A stretch of 63,685 nt of DNA, the filler included, from Sphacelaria rigidula (lineage: Eukaryota), in NCBI GenBank assembly GCA_964200075.2. It is 7 parts of 7 records of this genome, joined end to end, with 100 filler letters (N's around TTAATTAATTAA, not from the genome) between each part and the next. Parts side by side here need not be neighbours in the genome. Positions count along the whole stretch, not along the records: positions 54,675 to 63,685 come from CAXNAA020009521.1; 6 more parts are not named here. One strand, given 5' to 3'. How positions within the stretch are numbered: position 1 is the stretch's first letter; every line of letters starts with the position of its first letter. Shown here piece by piece: positions 60,613-63,685 of the stretch. Under the pieces are notes generated by a model. That model did no database searches. It was not told where the DNA came from and saw nothing but the letters and a program-made list of their open reading frames with translations. The translations under genes and the position numbers were made by a program.

Positions 60613-61126
60613 ATATCCGTTAACCCACGTTACATCGCATGCGTATCTGACACACTAGAATGATTCCTCTTCCTTTCTATTTCACTCGGAAGGTGCACAT
60701 GACTATTGATCAGAGAAGAAACTTATTTTCACTTGTTTACAGGTTGATTAATCCTCGTTTGATGCTCTCTCTCATGGCTTGATCACCGACATCATGCTGA
60801 AACGAGTCGTCATTTAACACATTATTTTTCCCCATCATATTGATGCCGTAATCCTAAATGTCCACACGTTGTGACCGTATCAACACGCTCCGCCAGGCAC
60901 TTTCCCGTTGCCCACTTACTCGCTGCATCCCTACGCCCCAGGCGGCTACCCCTGCTGGCACCGTTCACTGTGCTTGCGGCGCTGCCTGCGCTGCAGCGTT
61001 CGACCGTATTTACGCCGTGGCTACTCCTCTACCGTGGTGCAGTGCATGCACACTGCTACTAACATGGAAGTTTCTTTCTACCCGCGTCGTAGCTTGGCAA
61101 CAGTCCACGACGTCTGAGCAGCCAGC

Positions 61127-61383
61127 TGGCAATGCTACGGTAGGGGTGCACTTTTTTCGCAAAATCGTGTCTGGTTCGATGACTCATGATGATTCAGGAT
61201 TTGCAAGAGTGTGGGTTAGGGCATCCCCCTTTGGAAATTCCGTCGGGATATCCCCAGCACATTGGAATAGTTATCCTGGCGCACTGTCACATATTTCATA
61301 AGTCGTATTTTCGAAGAGACAAAGGGCTCTTAAACAGTTTAACCTCAGAAAATATATGTGCACCCCTACCGTAGCATCACTCC
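61127..61383. mobile_element. MITE, second copy of 50362-50620
   Basis: Same TIRs and colinear interior. Confidence 0.85.
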
Positions 61384-61489
61384 AGCGGCAATCCAGCTGC
61401 TATTACTGTATAGTATAATAGTCGTGGACCAGGTACGGTGGCTCAGTTGGTAACCCCCTTTATTTTTGACGCCAGTCTACACCTTCCGG

Positions 61490-61766
61490 TACATGTGGGC
61501 GCATCAGCCGGGGTCACACAAGAGGAAGGCCAACACAGGAGCCTTTTCTTGTTTCTCTTTGTTTTAGTAATCTACTTTCCTTTGCGGTGCTTGCTTCAGC
61601 AGTCCTTTTCCCTCGTCGATCGTGAACTCGATTTTTTGTGTACCCACGACATGATCGCTCTCCACTGTTGGGCGTGGATCGAGAAAAAAATCCCAGATCG
61701 CTCTGAGACTTGAGACTTGAACCCACGACCCAACCGTCAAAATGTTTCGAGGTTATCAACCGACCA
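61490..61766 (-). mobile_element. tRNA-derived SINE
   Basis: Minus strand begins TGGTCGGTTGATAAC (A-box-like) then GGGTTCAAGTCT (B-box-like). The 3' limit is approximate. Confidence 0.6.
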
Positions 61767-62207
61767 TAAAAAGCAGCTGGGAATTCCCACGCTTGGGTTT
61801 GTTTTCGCCAATGTCGCCCGTATGCGGCTCCTCATATGAGGCGCTGCATGCAGCCTGAAACCAAACATCAGGCACTGTATGACCCCTTTCTTCGTGACAA
61901 TTTTATGCTGTTTTTTTGGGGGGGGGGGGGGAGGGGTATCGCAGAAAGTGTCAACAACAGACAGGGTGGAACCCCAGGGAGGTATCGGGATATACGAGGG
62001 GCTTCATCAAAACAGCACAAAAACCACAGCCCCTCGTCCCTGGCATCTACCCCGGTGCGACCACGACAAGAATCACCATGGAAAAAATGAGGGTTTTCGT
62101 TTTTCTGACTACTGTACTAAAATCCAGTTGCTTGGGGGGTACGGCTGGGGGTTTCAGTTGGTGGGGCCTTGGGATATATACGTCTCGTAATCCTATCTCT
62201 AGTTGCG

Positions 62208-62612
62208 ACCGGCGTTCTCTTCAACGTACCCGTTGTGTGTCGGGGTATACTCCTTGTGTATGCGACATACATCATGGTGGTACAAGTCTCGGATTAGGCT
62301 ACTCCTAGAGTACTGCACGGTGACGTCTTGCCTGTTTGCTGCTGGGTGCACGGCCGGGTGGGGCGCCGGCACCTTTCGGGCCGAGCCGTGCTATTGCCGT
62401 TCTGCAGTTTTAAATCGGCGTTGTGTTCAACGCACCTCTTGTGCATTGAGGCATGCACCTTGCGTATGCGACAAACAACCTGGCGGTACAAGTCGCGTAT
62501 GAGGCTACTAATGCAGTTCTGCACGGTGGCGTGCTGCCTGCTCCCGGGGTACACGGCCGGGCGGGGCGCGGGCGCCTTGCGGGCCTACCCGTGCTACTCA
62601 AATTCTGTAGCA
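62208..62612. repeat. Diverged tandem duplication, ~206-bp unit
   Basis: CGGCGTT.T.TTCAACG.ACC...GTATGCGACA.ACA...GGTACAAGTC at ~62210 and ~62416. Confidence 0.8.
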
Positions 62613-62969
62613 CAGCTGTAGATTGTGTGCTACCAGGATATCTTGCTGGATGACCCTGCCTCTAACATCTCGACAGTGGGTCTGACCCATATGACTGCTC
62701 TTGTGACATGTTTCTCTCGATGGCCACACTCGACGATAGGTGGGTCGGCGCTTGCTCCAGCCGAGCCACTTCGCTTGGATATTGTCACCTTAAATCAGCA
62801 CCATCTTCCGCGCCTGGGACGCTGAATATAATTCATCATCTTCCGTTTGCATCACAATGTATGATCATGTTCTAATTGACACTAGTACTCTGTACACAGT
62901 ATAATAAGAGCGTCAAAAAGCTGAAGGCGCCTCGAGCTCACATGCGAACTGAAGAGAAGCAAAAAATAG

Positions 62970-63685
62970 AGAGACGTGCGCGATCACCATCAATCTACTA
63001 GAACTGTGTGGAATGTTCATGACCGCATGCGCTATCCCAATGTTTCAGGGCGAAAGGCCCACAGAGAGAGGGGACCCAATCCTGATGCGCAGCGACAACT
63101 CGTCGGCTGTACACTGGGTAAATAGATGCGGGGGATCATAGATGCGGGGGATCAAAAGACAGGCGCGCCGCCCTCTTGAAGCGAATGATGGGTCGCATGG
63201 AAGTCGCCAGCGGGTGGTGTACTATAGCGAAACACATACCTGGCGTCGAAAATGAGCTAGCAGACGGCATCTCGAGATGGCCGGAGTCGGAGGTGGCTGA
63301 GAGGGTAGCACGGTTGACAGGAAATCTTAGTTGGAAACGGCTAGAGCTAGGAAAGCGAGGCAGAGAGATACTCGAATTGATTCTGCAAGGAAGACCCCCG
63401 GACCACAGCCTAGATGAACAGATCTGGAACATAATGTCCCGACAAGCAGACTGAACCCGCGCTGAACTCGTGATACTATCGCAGGACAAAAGGGAGGCCC
63501 CGCCAGAGACGAGAAGGGCGTCGCGAAGCTAGTAGAAATACTAGCCCACGCGTCAATTAACGCCAGCACAAGAAGCGGGTACGAGAAAAAGTTCGAAACG
63601 TGGTCGGAGTGGAGGGCCCGCCGAGAAAAGCCAGTATTTATGTCAAGAACCGACGGCGAGGCTAGCGCGGTCGTCGATATCACTG
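62970..63685 (+). mobile_element. DIRS/Ngaro-type tyrosine-recombinase retrotransposon fragment (RNase H and start of recombinase ORF)
   Basis: INLLELCGM...ILMRSDNSSAVHWVNRCG...AKHIPGVENELADGISRW is the RNase H of YR elements. The following frame (HASINASTRSGYEKKFETWSEW) resembles the N-terminal region of the recombinase. Runs off the window. Confidence 0.85.

Overview
Eukaryotic, repeat-rich DNA, most likely from a brown alga (Phaeophyceae). This is inferred from the EsV-1-7 repeat protein, the intron-rich GT-AG genes and the transposon families. The window is not one locus: six identical 100-nt linkers (44N-TTAATTAATTAA-44N) recur every 9112 nt and join seven segments of 9014, 9012 (x5) and 9011 nt. 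This looks like size-sorted concatenated contigs, so nothing should be inferred across linkers. Genes: (1) a spliced GT2 glycosyltransferase, minus strand, with 4 phase-compatible exons, two of which are missing from the ORF track in their coding frame; (2) a spliced AT-hook + PHD-finger chromatin protein, minus strand; (3) a 6-exon low-complexity orphan gene, plus strand; (4) an intronless 1075-aa protein with 25 tandem 38-aa CX4CX16CX2H (EsV-1-7) repeats. In gene 4 the variation is concentrated at a few fixed positions, in a TALE/zinc-finger-like pattern; this is the most interesting candidate system here. Mobile DNA: two defective Ty3/Gypsy elements (one with both LTRs and a chromodomain), each with a palindrome where the tRNA primer-binding site should be; RTE-type LINE relics; two related LINE 3'-end families that appear to insert into poly(C) tracts; tRNA-derived SINEs; several MITEs; a DIRS/Ngaro-type fragment; satellites and microsatellites. 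All coordinates were read by eye; no database search was run.
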